From Antedon mediterranea (lineage: Eukaryota; Animalia; Echinodermata), in assembly GCF_964355755.1 (NCBI RefSeq), contig NC_092671.1, positions 19,530,001 through 19,594,000 on the forward strand: a DNA stretch of 64,000 nucleotides, given 5' to 3'. Under the pieces are notes generated by a model that ran no database searches, had not been told where the DNA came from, and worked only from the letters and a program-made list of their open reading frames with translations. Positions 1-15,100 of the stretch are shown piece by piece; positions within the stretch are counted from its first letter, which is position 1; the number at the start of each line of letters is the position of its first letter. The position numbers were made by a program, and so were the translations under genes.

Positions 1-81
1 TGATTGACATTTACAGCGTGCTGCTTTTATTAATGTGTTTCACTTCCTTTCAGATACAATGTACAGTATGTAGAGGGCTCA

Positions 82-195
82 CTAACAATCAATATCGTCA
101 GACTGTGTAATGGCATTCAAGTCTTTCATGAGTCCTTCAAGATTCAACATTTCAGCATTCAAATCTTCTGTGCTAAATGTTCTTGCTGTCCCCGA
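82..195 (-). CDS. NEO1/DCC: Terminal coding exon with P3 motif (SGTARTFSTEDLNAEMLNLEGLMKDLNAITQSDDIDC*)
   Basis: ctgttttag acceptor, TAG stop at 84-82; diagnostic LEGLMKDLNAIT. Confidence 0.95.
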   Translation of the reverse strand, partial: SGTARTFSTEDLNAEMLNLEGLMKDLNAITQSDDIDC

Positions 196-3100
196 CTAAA
201 ACAGAACAAAAATATTATAAAATCATATAGACCTACTGATTACTAATATTGGTCTACTTCTGCTCTAGAACCCTTCTTTGGACACTATTCAAGGTATGGG
301 ACACTATAAGGGGAAACTTTCCTGTAAAATGAATGAGGGGAAATATGTTTACTTAACCCATATTTAAGGAACACCACTTAAGTGTAAGAAATAATGTGGT
401 TTAAAACTGATGATTAAATAACATGCTACTTTTGTCCAAAGATTTACCTCAGGGCTAGTAGCTTCTGCAGATCTATATGTAACATCAGGAGCTCTAGGTG
501 TAACAACTGGAAGTGGATGTGATCTATTACGATTTACAGCAGGTTGTTGCCGTTTCAATAAGCTATAGCTTGGTGCACTTATTTTTACTGTAAAAAAAAA
601 GTATCATATTATTTCACTTTTTTTTATATCGTACATAAAAGTAAAAAAATAGAAAATAGTGAAACATTTATTGTTAACTGGACCAGTGTAGTATAACCAA
701 ATTGTATATTATATATCTGGCTAATATATACATTTATTTTTTTTTTTTCCATTTTGAATATATAATTTTATTTTTTAAAATTTTTTACTACTCTGGTTTA
801 TTAAAAAAAAGAAATGACAGTACAAAATTGAATAATTTAAAATACATCAAGGAGAAAAATGCAAAAATTTAAAATAATAATAAAACTTTGAGGCTCTGTG
901 TTTGCAAAGGTTTATGATATTGCTTTGTAATTATTACATTAACATTGTTGAGCAGTTTAAGTCAGCTGCTGCTTTTACAGATTTTTTTTCAAACTTTTCA
1001 TAAGTCTTTGATTGACACAGAAATGTTGCCAAACATTGTACCTGCATTGCAACAACGAAAACTACTATTACTACTACTACTACTATTTTGTCGAAAGTTC
1101 GGAAACATTATTCACAACATCACCGTAAACACTGTCATTCAAGGACTTAAGAAAGTTGGAGAAACTTTTAGAAAAATCCATAAAAGCAGCAGCTGAAACT
1201 ACTTTTAAACATTTTAAAACGTTCAGCATTTTTATGAAATGTATAATTACATTAATACGGAATACCCTTTTATACACAATGAATATAAAAAACACATGGT
1301 TCATGACACACAGAAATTCACTGGGGTGAACAATGCAAAGGAAGCAGTGTATATGCAAGTAATTATACAAGGTGAGTTACCTCTAGGCTGGGCAGGTGGT
1401 GATTTTGGCAGTGTACCATAGTGGGGTGGTGGACCGGGTACACTAAAACTAGAAAGTGGATGAGTTGAAACATGTGGAGTTGGAGGCTGGTGAATGTTGT
1501 TCTCATCTTGTGACAAATTTGATTCACTTTGATAACCTGAATATATTGAAGAAAAAAATCAATCAATCAATACTGTGTAAAATAAAAATTAAGTATTTAA
1601 AATTAAACAAAGATAACTGTTGGCATTGATCCATGCAACTGGTATTCTTTTTATCCTATCATAATAATCAGTTTCAATCAAGTATGCACAGTATTTTTCA
1701 AATATGAATGTTAAATGTTTTTTTTTTATGCAAACAATAATAAAGAATTATAGTACTAATGTATATGTAATTGGGCTGCCTAAAATGACTAGATTTGTTG
1801 GTTATGTCTAGTTTTGAGAATTCAATTTGAATAGCAAGAAAGAAGTTCAGACAAAATTGTTAAAAAATTAAGGGAGTCCAGTTTTTGAGAGAGTTTGATT
1901 GTATAACAAATTAGTTTTTATGTATATTATTATAACCGAAAAGCACGAAAGCTGTCATTATCCCCACAGAATCGCTACATTGTGTGGGGCATTGCCAATC
2001 CAATCGTATGTGAGACAATTCAATCTTTCAGATTTGTGTATTCTTGATTGACCCATAGAAATGTAGCAATACGAATAGCAACCAGTGAAATGATTATAAA
2101 AACCATCCAAAATAGTGATGAAAATGGAATGCTTTCAAAATTTATATATTTTAAGTACCTAGTGAGCATATATGTACTGCCTCATTACATTTATAAACAT
2201 AAACCAGCCTCTTAGAAAAATCATAGGAAGAACATGTATATCTGACTCGCTCACTTTAGGTCAATTTTAATATGTCAATAGTTCATTAAAAGACTGCAAC
2301 AAATAACATATTTTCCACTTATTATTATTTGATATATTGGTACATTAACTGTAATATTGTTGGCTTTTCAATTTGATTGATTTTATGTGTCTGTCGCATC
2401 CTGTCATAAATATTAATGTTAATACATGCAGTTACACTATGTGATCTAATGCAATTCGTTTACAGACAAGTAGCATAGATCAGTAATTCATTATATATTC
2501 TCATGATGAATTGCACTCAATTAGAAATTTGATTGAGTTAAAGTTCCTTTAGGATGTTTATACAGATGAATGTGCCACTTGGGCATCGCATTGAGTTAAC
2601 ATTAATTAAAATGGCAGACCAATGTGTTTTTAATTTAGATCAATGGGATAATCTAATAGCAAAAAAACAAATGCTTTCCCAATTCAAATATTCTATATTG
2701 AAATTGCTCATACCAACAACATGGCTTAGATTTCCTTTCCCCAAGTTGATATCTCATAATGCAAGAGCTTTCTCACAAAGTGTATACCCCATTAAAAAAA
2801 TCAGGAATGATGAAATTAGACGGCAACTTGGCATGACCAGCATCATAGTGCAATGTGTGTCCAAAAGGCAAATGGTTTCGCCAGTTTAGAATGCCAAGAC
2901 ACAGACTACCATACCAAGACTATAAACAGGATTTCAGCAAGCGTAGGCAGCCAGGCTAGATGGAAAGACCAGATCCCAAAGGATACAAGCTTGGTCATCC
3001 AGATAGAAGGGAATAGTGGATTATCTCCAGTGAGCATGCCAAGGGAACAACCAGTCTTTACGATTAGGGTTTATATTCCATATGCAAGAGCTTTTCCATC

Positions 3101-6100
3101 CTCTTTTTATCCGATTAAATGCAAGAACATTCTCATCAAGGGTAGGTATCGCATTCAATGCAAACTCATGTTTTTATCCCTTAATGCAAGAGCTTTTCCA
3201 TTCCTTTTATATCCTCTAATGTGACAACTTTCTCATCAAGCATATACAAGAACTCATCTTATAAATCGTAATGCAAGATCATTCCTACCAAGTTTATAAC
3301 CCACAAAGCAAGAACTCTTTTATCAAGTGTACTAATAAATGTCCCATCATGCAAAAAAAATCTTTTCTCAATTTGAGTTTATGTCACATCATGCAAAAGC
3401 TTTTCCCCTCATTCACTCCAATTGAAAATGTACCTATTTCATTATACTCATGTTCTATAAAGAAACTATGCTGATCCAGTGAAATTGACCGCCGTAAACG
3501 CCAGTCTTTTTTCCATCTGTGGGAATTTGATAAGGTACGTTTTCGAGGGACGATTTCTGTAGCTACAGTAAAAGTTGTAAAGGTTGGAATGCTTTCCAGC
3601 ACAGAGACTAAGAATAGAAAAAAACAGCAGTAGAAATAAAAAAAATAATGAAGAATGTTAAGAATTAAGATTGGAGAAAAAGATTGAATATTAGAAATGA
3701 AGCAGACATGTAGTAGAGTAGAATTGTTTACAATCTAACAATCACAAATCAAATCATTATTTAAATCACATCTTGTTTGTATTAGTAGGTGTGTTTCAGT
3801 AGTACTAACAGCAAGTATCTTTATTTTGGTACCAAGCTAAATTTAATTTTACTGTACATCACAACAACTTTTTAAAATCTTTCAAATGACCCACAACCGC
3901 CACCACTATCATTTGCAAATATGCAAATTTACCTGGCAGATCAACAGGCTCATCCAATAAATTAACTCCACATGAATTGTTATTATTTGATGAATATGAA
4001 AATCCTGTAGTAGGTTCATTACTCTCTGACCTCCGATAAGAACTCATAAAATGATCTCCGGAGTGACCTACGCCTTTAGTTAGAAAAATAAAAATACAAA
4101 TCATGCAAATATTACAAAGACATGCAAATATAATACTATACAATAAAAACATGCACACAATTACATGCAAATACATATAGGTATGCAAGTGTCACAATAT
4201 GCAAATAACAGACATATACAGTACATTATATATGCAAATAATGGTTATGAATAAATGATTAAATGAATGAATGGTTGATTAATTATATAAAAAAATGCAT
4301 TAAATATAATACATACTTTGTGAATGCAATGAATGATACCCAACTGGCATAGATTGACTATGTTCATAATCACTAGTCACGTGCCTTGCAGGGATTGGGA
4401 TAGGACCTGAGCGCTGAGCAGCAGGTATTCGATCATCAGCATACAGATGAGACGTCAAAGCATGCAGGCTTTCATGGATACCAGATAACGTGTCTGTCTG
4501 CGTGTCTCCTGTTTTTACATGTCCATTCCCATGGACGCTGCCATTTAGAGGGCTGTAAGGGGGATTTTGCGACACACGGCCAGCAGGCATTGTTGCAAAA
4601 CTTGAATTTCCAGAACGAATATCACTCAGTAACGTTGCTGTATTAGCATTGGTGAAATTGGAGCTTGCTACAGGACGATACCTTGAAGTAGGTCCGGCAA
4701 TATGAGCAAAACTTCTTGCTTTGCTCAGGTTCACTCTCCGTCCATCACGAAATGAGCTTCCATGAGATTTCATACTCAGATCTCCCATTGAACGGCCTAC
4801 TCCAAGCCGGCTATTGAGATGGGTGGTTTGTTGCCTGTCAGTTGTGCCAATATGAATGATTGGTACTGCAGTTATATTCGGTGGGTCCATTTGTCCAAGG
4901 GTGCTTGGGATATCTTGAATGGATTGAATAATTGTTGAGCCAGGAGCATTGCTTGTACTATCAATCGTGCCATATGATGGCGCTGTAATCAACAACCATC
5001 AGTATTTTTACATAATTAAACAAGTAGATTTTCTTCTTCAATTTATAGGCAGAATGTTTATCATCATGAAAATGTTACTATTATTGTCACATTTAGGTAG
5101 AAATTTGGCCAAAAATTATAATGTGTATCAATAAATTATTTGTGGATTACTATAGAAAAGATTACCAAATTACCACTGCATGAATTAAATCATACAATAT
5201 TTAAATTTAATCATACTATTTTGAATGTTGGACTCCTGTAAACACAAGCAATCAAATATGGTAATTGCATAAACTAAGGTTTGAAACACTTTCCTTCATT
5301 TAACTTGATAGTGAAACTGAATTAGTAGGCCTAACCATATACTTTTAGGTTAAGTGAAGGTTTACATTATTACACCTTTAATAACACTTTCTGATGAGTG
5401 TTTTTTAGAATATTGAGTAAGAAAGTCAATTTAATTTTGAATGTCCCAGATGTTGGAAGATGGAGGTAGGCCTAACATAGCCTGCAAAAGTAATCCTTTA
5501 TTTCTAATGCTATTGTTCGAATTGATAATTAATATTAATATTATTTGTATTATTAGTATGACTAAAAACATATTTCAAGCAATAATTAAAGTGATAATTT
5601 GAACCACTGCAAAGTAATTTTGCATTGGGAGCTAATTTAGTAATTTAGTCAGATGTGTGGTATTGATAATAATTAGAGTACCACTACATTTTGATTGGTT
5701 GAGCATTAGATGGATTTAAAGGCAATGTAATCCTTACTGAGTAATTTAGTTCATAATATTATACAGGTAGTTGTGTTGTGAAAGATATTCTGATTGATAG
5801 AGTTAGTAACCACTTTTAGTAGTAATGATTAGTCTTCCATTTTCCTGTTTCATATTTTACCTGGTAGAGCCAATTGAGGTGTAGCCAACCCAGGTGAGTT
5901 GGGAACCTCAATGGCAAGAGGCTGGTTGTTAAATCCACTTGCTATAATTGACTGAATGGTGTCGTCATTATTTCGATCAGATGTTGCGTATGACTTTTCA
6001 AACGACTTATGGCTGGAAGTGGTCTTCACATGGCTACCATCAGACATCGGAACTGTTCGTTCTACGGAATGATGAGTAGTGGATTCCTCATACGCGACAG

Positions 6101-9100
6101 TGAACGCACCATTTGCTGATTCAGATGTGGTGTATGAAGTAATACCTCCTAACGGCACTGAAACTGATTGATTGGTCGATTGTCCGTCAACCGATGTTTG
6201 ATTGGACAACTGATCACTCACGTCTATAATTGTACCACTCAAAGCTTGTAATGGTACAAACTCGGTTTTTGCTGACCCATTTGAAATATGCGATGAAGTG
6301 AATTGATTTGTGGTTGCTACATGCAAAATACAGAAAAAAATCACATACATGCAAGTAAGCAACATTAAAGAACATTTACCATCATGCAACAAATATTAAA
6401 TAAAAAATGTATCATGCAACAAAAATTTAATAAAACATAAATTATCATGCAACAAAAATTAAATATAGCATGTAACATCATGCAATAAGCATTAATAATT
6501 ATACATTTTGAACACTTTCAATAAAATGCTTCTTGCTGGGATCTCTGGAAGTCGTATGATATTGTATTCAAGGCCTGATACCAGGGGTTCACAGTTTTTT
6601 TTCAGAGAGCCTGACTGCAATTTACAATTCAGATAGAGTGTAGCATTACAGGTTGGGTCACGAGGGCTCTCAAACTTAGGGGACCATGAGGACTTTCAAA
6701 CTTAGGGGGTCATGAAGGGGGTGAAGACATTAACCTTTTTTAAGGGCCATATGAAATGCACTTTTGGGCCAAATTTGGTTTGCAGAAAGTCATTAATAGT
6801 ACTAGTGGAAACAAATGATCACCTATTTAGTTAGTTTGACCAATAAAGCAATAAGTTCAGTGTGTATAAGGCTTTACATTTAAATGAATAGATAAATATG
6901 TGCAAATATTGAAGCAACAAAAACACTAATATTCAGCAATAATATACAAGAATGTTTCTGAAATGTACTGGAAATTCAAAGCTTTATGTTACACAAAAAA
7001 AAGTATAAACCTAGTAAACTAAAACATATCCTTTGATTATTAATTCCAGTAAAATGATGGTCAAATTAGGTCAATTTATCCAATGATGATTGATCTCCCT
7101 TGAGAGAGTGCATCATTTAAAGCAGTATGGCATGCATATTTTGTTAATTTGTACTAAAAGCAAACACAACGGTTCCTAAACATATTAATTGAGAGTAATT
7201 ATGTAGAATTATAAACACTATTTAAACTAATCCAATATACTTGTGGTATTAACAAATATAGGGTATATCGTCAGTAGGGCACAGTATTGGTTAGGTTGCT
7301 CTCACATCAACATTCCATAATTGAATTAATTATTAATAATAATTTTCATTGAATTCACGAAAAAAACCTTTAATTTCATGTCCAAGAATTGTTCAATCCT
7401 GTTTATTTGGTATTTATGTATACTTATAGTCATCTGGATGTGGCCAAATAAATAAGTTATTATATAAAAAAAATCCTTCTTCCTTTTCATCTGTTTACCT
7501 TCACACTACACACAACATACGAAACATACACACACAACATAATTACAGCACACGCACCTCTCAATAACCTCCATTCAAAATGCTTATGTCAATATTTTCC
7601 AAGAATATGTATTATATGTTTTTTCACAAAAGGTGAAACAAGTGCCATCAGCTAAGCTAGGCGTATTTACTTTCGCTTCTAGTCTGAAAATGGAAAAAAA
7701 GGGGGAATTGTGCAAACTCGCAAATCTATATTGGAAATCGATCCATCAAAAAATAATATTAAATAAATGTAAAAATATGCTTTAAAATGTGCCAATATGT
7801 GTATTTGCAACAATTTGAAAAAAGTACACATTCCATTCCATAATTTCATTTTTTTTGTGTCAGTATTAGAACACATACTCAAACATATAATAACAAAGTC
7901 TGTGTGTTATACATACATACAATGTCGCATTTAAAGTTGTATAAAAATAAAAAAAGGTGTTTGTAAGTATGTTAGTAGGTGGATTAGTGTACCTGTTTCC
8001 ATGTCACCATGCTCCGAGCTAATCGAGTGAACTCTTGGTTCATTCAAACTACCGTAACCAGAAGAAGGGGGATAACACACAGGGTAGGGAGATGGAAAGC
8101 TAGGAGATGTGCACCGATAATTAGCAGTAGAGCGTGGGTATGCAGACCAGTAGCCTAAAGATGTGGAAAATTATCAAAGAAGAAAAGAAAAGCAAATTGT
8201 AACTATAGCTACTACAAACAAAACATGCATATCAACTCAGGATATAGCATAAATAGTTGACTACAAATTAAAATATTGAAGTTTCTATCAACATTTCTAA
8301 TAATCTATATACAATGCAATAAATCAATTAAATTCACACAGTTATTAATAAATATAAATAAAATTAAAAAATAAAAGTAGCTGGAAAACAGACAAACTAC
8401 TTATGGCATGCAACAAACAAAATCAATGAAACAGATGCCAAGCAACACTATAGCACTACTAATTGTATAAAATACTAACATCTCATTTTCTTATACACTA
8501 TTTTTTATTTAAAAAATACTAACTAACAATTCATATACATACAAAATTAGTTTAATTTTCTTTTAAAAAAGAAATGAAATTGTATTACTAAATTATGAGA
8601 AATAAAAATATAATAAAAAAATTTTACAAAATACTTTAAATTATACATGCTCTTTCCCAAAGTTTTTGAAAATAGATATTTACCATGAGAACTTGACCAT
8701 GTACCTGTATGGCCTGCACCACCTCTCATGTGACCATCTAAAATAGAAAAAGGAACAAATGAATGATGCGTTAATGAAAATTATCAACAGAAATAAATAA
8801 TGAACAACCTATATTAGTCTAAATTCACACTATTATACTAGATTCTGTATATTTTGTTTATGCTTAATAATGAAGTCATAAGCATTATTAGGACACTATG
8901 TTCCTCACTAAAAACAATGCCAACAAAGATCTTTACAATCTCTACTGATGATGGTCTAAACAAATCTAATTGACAATTTCTTATGTTAAAAGTATGTATT
9001 TTAGTGAATATCTCTAGTGAATTATATTTCTCTCAGTTTGTTTCTATATTCCTAAAAAATCTTTTGTACTAATTTTAAATAATAAATAAATAAAAACCAT

Positions 9101-12100
9101 GATATCCTGATTGGAGAAAAAAGATAAATGTTAGACAAAAATAAATTGAAAGAAAATAGGACTATAAAATATTCTGAATACAGTAAAAAAAAATCAATAA
9201 AGATGTAAACATGTCAGTAATAACATTTAACAGAGTATACATAAATCAAAATTCATTAGCAAAAAGGTATACAATAGAATTTTATGACTCTAATAGCATG
9301 CAAAATATAATGAACATACATATACTGGCACCAGCATTTAATTCTGTTAGATTACACATATAAATATCATTATAAACCTTCCTTTGGTCAACTTTAATAT
9401 TAAAATTGAGGCTAAATATGGTTAATAAATGAAATTGGAATCCTATATGGGCACTTGTTTTTGAGCAGAAAAAGGCAGATGAAACCATAAAGATAGCTAC
9501 AATACAAGTACTGTATTATTCTTTTAGGCAATTGGTCCCTGGGAAAGTATCTGAAATAGGTCTCTGGAAAATTTAGCTGCAAGTATGACCCTGGCAAAAT
9601 TAATGTGGGACCCTGGGAAAAGTAACTACTACAAGTCTCTGGAAAAAAGTACATGGAGTAGTTCCATGGGAAAATTTGCTGCAAGTATGGTCCTGGCCAA
9701 ATTAAAGTGGGTTCCTAGACAAAGTAACTACAAATATGTCCCTGTGAAAAGTATATGCAAGTAGGTCCTCTAAGATCAATAAGAATATCAAAATATGAAG
9801 TAAAATAATTGTGCAAAAGGTGTAGTTAGTAAACAACAACATTGTACACATTATTAGATGCAAACAATACATGCTGACAAGCGAAGGTCTATAAAGTTGA
9901 AATAATACAATGTATGCCAAAAGGTTTTAGTTGATAATAAAGTTGTTGTCAAAAGGCCTAAATTATACATCCATGAACTTATTATACACTTTACCTAGGT
10001 TAATTTTATTTTATTATTGCTGTTTTCAATTTTAGTATGTTTTAAGAAGAAACCTGCAAAAGAATTTAGGTTTTTTGTTTTTAGTTTTTTTAGTTTGTGG
10101 CATTGTACTTTAGATTACAATTAACCTATATTTTTTTAATTTTATTTAAACAAAAAAAGGGAGATTTGGATGTTTATGCTAAAGGAAGACATTTTATAGC
10201 TGTCTAAATCTGTCATGTCCTGCATTTCTTTTCTAGGGTAAAAAAACGTAATATCTTAAGACAAGAATTCATCTTAAAACTGTGTAGGTCTAAACATCTT
10301 GAAATAACTCCTCAGTATTTGTATATAATAGTCTAACCAGCCAATGGATTGGACCTACAAATCTAAAGGTTCCTCATTTTTTCTTGAAATAATTCATTTA
10401 GATCGAAAAAATTTAGGAGTAAAATGTCCTTTTTGTTGATCCCAGCAAGACTGTAACTAAGTCTGGTGAGAAAACACACTATTTGTTTCTTGATGCTACT
10501 GTGATTAAAATATTGTGTGGTAGCCCTAAAATTAAACTTTAAAATTTAGTTTTAAAATGCTCAATTGTTTAGTAACAGATATAACACATTTATTTATTGT
10601 TGAAATAATTATGCTTTTTTTCCTACATTATATACAATAACAATGGCAGCTCATACTATTTGCATAAATAAGATTTCAGGCTTAAAAAAAAACATAATGC
10701 AAAATTTTTTATAGAAACAAGAAGTGTCCAAAACATTGATTTATGGGATAGCAGATGATACATGATGAATACACTGATTATGGGCACTTTTTCCTTTATA
10801 CCTGAAATCTTGGTGCGTGCATCTTTGTCTTCTATTCTAAGTGTGCTTGCACAATGCACATCTGATTGATGAAATGAATAAAATGCTCAAATATCAAATA
10901 TGAATAAAATACTTTGAATGAATTCATATCAACATGATTTAAATACTGTACTGTAAAGCAAAAATGGCAAATGTACAATTCATGGAAGCAAAACATGCAC
11001 ATTTTGTCTCAATGATATATGCATTGACAATTTGATGTTATACTTTGGTTTTAAATGGAATATGTGTATAAGAACTTGACATTACTAAAAAAAACACTTT
11101 CTTTTTATTTATTTTTTATTTCTTAATTAAATAAAAACTGTATTATTAGTATATTATCTATATAATTAAATAATAAACGGTGAAAAAGTTAATAAAGCAA
11201 TTAAACACAGAATAATAACACAGGAATAATATTTTAGTTGATGTAAATCTAAGGTTCAACAGTTACGGTTATTGGTTTAATTTGCAGAATACCAACACAA
11301 AGCAAGGGGCACAGTTCACTTATGAAATAAATATTCATAACAGTGTAACAACATGAATATTCATGTTGCTTATGTTGTATTTGTGAATACCTGACTCCAT
11401 CGATGAACTGTAATATGATGATGATACATATGACGATGTTGATCCTGCATACTTATTACCTTTTTCTATCAACAATAGGTAAATAAATGAAATGACTAAT
11501 TATTAAATTTCATGAAAGCCGTGTCACTAATTATACAATACATGCAAAATTAAAGAAATAACATGACAGAAACTCATGACATAGTCTACATGCTTTTAAG
11601 AACTATTCAAAGATGTTTTTTATATTTTTTGGTTATGTATTATTTTTATTTATTAAATAAAAATTTATTTATGAAATAAAAAATAAAGCATGATTGAAAG
11701 ACCAGTCTGAAAAAAGTTGTAATCCGAGAACAGTATGACAAATTTTGATGAGGTTGTAATCAAAGACCACTGTTGGTAAAGATTATAAATCAAAGACTGG
11801 TATGAAAGATGTTGATGATTATTAGAAATCAAAGACTAGTATGAAAGATGTTGATGAGTATTAGAAATCAAAGACTGGTATGAAAGATGTTGATGAGTAT
11901 TAGAAATCAAAGATGAAATGTTGATGAGCTTCGAGTCAAAGACCAACATAAAAGATGTTGATGAGCTTAGAATCAAATACCAACATTAAAGATGTTGATG
12001 AGCTTAAGGATCAAAGAACTGTATGAAAGATGTTGATGAGCTTCGAGTCAAAGACCAACATTAAAGATGTTGATGAGCTTAGCAATCAAAGACCAACATT

Positions 12101-15100
12101 AAAGATGTTGATGAGCTTAAGGATCAAAGACTGTAAGAAAGATGTTGATGAGCTTAGAATCAAAGACCAACATTAAAGATGTTGATGAGCTTAAGGATCA
12201 AAGAACAACATTAAAGATGTTGATGAGCTTAGGAACAAAGGCCAACATGCAAGATGTTGATGAGCTTAGAATCAAAGACCAACATGAAAGTATTGATGAG
12301 CTTAGGAATCAAAGAACAACATGAAATATGTTGATGAGCTTAGGAATCAAAGACCAACATGAAAGATTTTGATGAGCTTAGAATCAAATACCAACATTAA
12401 AGATGTTGATGAGCTTAAGGATCATAGAACTGTATGAAAGATGTTGATAAGCTTGGATTCTAAGACCAACATTAAAGATGTTGATGAGCTTAGGAGTCAA
12501 AGACCAACAAGAAAGATTTTGATGAGCTTAGGAATCAAAGACCAACATTAAAGATGTTGATGAGCTTAAGGATCAAAGAACTGTGCGAAAGATATTGATG
12601 AGCTTAGGAATCAAAAACCAACATGAAAGATGATGATCAGCTTAGGAATCACAGACCAACATGAAAATGTCGATGAGTTAGGAATCAAAGACCAACATGA
12701 GCGATGTTGATGAGCATAGGAATTACAGACCAGTATGAAGATGTTGATGAGCTTAGTAACAAAGGCCAACATGAAAGATAATATAGGATCAGGTGGCCAT
12801 ATTGCTGAGGCAGGCTCACATACTTTTATTATTATTATTAAGTCACTTGCCCTTGACGAACTGTTTATTGTGAGCGTTTACCCCTGTACAAGCAAGACCA
12901 TGATTTAAGCAAGAGGCTTGCGTGCATGTTAATCCTACCTGAGCTTAATGTGGCTTGATCACTTGTAACACTGCTAGGTTTACTGCATTTAATACCTCCA
13001 TTTAGCAGCATACCACTGTAAGCAGACTCCAGTGCACCTGGTTAGGATATATTATTAGTTACCCATTTTTATCTAATTCACCCCTTAATATATATTTCTG
13101 TACCTCAGTGCAAATTATAATTCCAGTAATATTCCCATAATAATATTGTAAAATAATTTGTGCAGTTAGACAAATTCAATATTCACCACATTTTAAACCT
13201 AAACCTTTTAACTTATAATATATAAATTATGGTATGAAACAGAGTTGAATACTAATAATATGATCATATGTTAAAAGTGATCATGACTTTAACAGCCAAA
13301 TAAATTAAGAACTCATATTAAATGTCTCCCTCATACAATTTGTAAAAAAGCTATTTTTAACAAGCACTTGTTTTAATCTTAACATTTAAATTGTGAAACA
13401 AATCCTAAACTGTATCTCTAGGGAAAGTTTTATGATACATTTGAAAATGATAAGTCATCATATTTAATAGGAAATTTCCTATTAAAGTTATCATTAGTTT
13501 TCTAACATGCACAATGAAATCTACTAGAACAAAAATACATAGTTAACAAGAACTAGTAGGCTAACCTATCAACGAACAATATGCATGCAAGGACACATAA
13601 AACAATTGTACAAATCTTTGTTTTTACATGGTATAGTACTGTTCAAAGACATTTTTGGTTGTATACGTCAATGACTCAACTGAGCGTTTACCAGTGAAGC
13701 AAGCAGATCATATTTGACAACATTTTTAGTAAGGTGAATAAACTTGAAAGTAAATTTGATAGGATAACCAGGGACTCCGTGGTATATACCGATAACAGCA
13801 ACAAATATAATGCTAATACTATAGTGGTTGCAAAAGATCATGGCCACATTTGTATAAAAGTAAAAATTCAAATTGTTTACGTTATCTTCAGTTTGTCTAT
13901 ATTCTACCTGAACAGTACTATACACATTCTATTTTTAGAATGTTCGTAAAATACAAATACTGTTACAGTACCTTTAAAAATAGTGAAACAAATGATTGTG
14001 AAAAAAAAAGGGTCAAATATTTATATTTGACTTACCTTTAGTTTCAGATGCTATAAATGCAGATTCATCAATTTCTGATAGAAGAATTGAAGAAAAAAAT
14101 AATGTTGGATTTAGTTTATGATTACCTGAATAGAAGGTATTTAATAAATGAGCTGTATTTTACGATTATGATAGAGGATTGATAGAATGCTTTGATCTCC
14201 CGCAAAAGCACTTGAATATAACAAAACTTTAATTTCATATTTATTTGTAATATATCACGTTCATTTTACTGCGGATATTCTAAAAGCAAAAAAGTTTAAT
14301 TTATCGTCTTTGAAAAAAGTAATTTATATTCATTGTATACAATGGTCATTCAAAAAGTATTTTACATACAAGCTACAAATTGCAATATGTTCCTGTGAGG
14401 CTGAATAAGGGTTGTTTCTTTTTGGAAGTACTCAATTTTACAGGATTACAGGCAAAGTGTTAAAACATATACACACTAGAACCCCTCCTTTGGGACACTC
14501 CTATTAAGGAAATACTGTGAAATAAACGAGGAACAATATATGTTTTAACACTGTGGCCAACCACTATTTAGGGGAGACACCTAGGGGACACTTTTTTGGC
14601 ACCCAAAAGGTGTCCTTAATAGGGGTTATACTGTACTCATTCATTTCATAGGAAAGTGTCACCTTAAGGGTATCCCAAGAGATCTCATCTAATACATCTC
14701 TTTTAAATTAAAATTGTATTGAGTGTCCAGATCAAGTTTTGTTACAGTTCTGCTCAATTTTAAATAATTCATTTTTCAGTTCACATTGGTAAAATAATAT
14801 CTATATCTAATCATTATTAGTGACATTGCAATCAACTATGACATTAAAATACATACATCTATATTATAATAACATACTAACCCAGAATGTTTTACTCTAT
14901 CTCCTCTTAAACCACATCAACAAAATGTGCATATAGTTTGAGGTAAGACACCTTTTTATTTTCCTTTAGGTATTCAGTTTTTCAAAATATGAATGTTTCA
15001 CAATCAGGTTACAGAGAGGTCTACTAGTTAACTATAGAATGTTGACTTAAATTTTAGTATTACCTGTATCACCTCGTAATGGCAACATTTCTCCTAGAGG

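Noticed and set aside
2554-3474. Plus-strand ORFs of 111, 123 and 67 aa
   Set aside because: No recognisable domain; they overlap a degenerate ATGCAAGAGCTTT repeat.
11755-12780. Repeat-encoded ORF 12142..12324
   Set aside because: Variable 38/39-bp units shift the frame; non-coding minisatellite.
13668-13925. Hydrophobic ORF as an alternative TM exon
   Set aside because: The acceptor near 13907 gives an immediate stop (GRI*) in the required phase 1, no donor is evident, and it lies downstream of the real TM exon.
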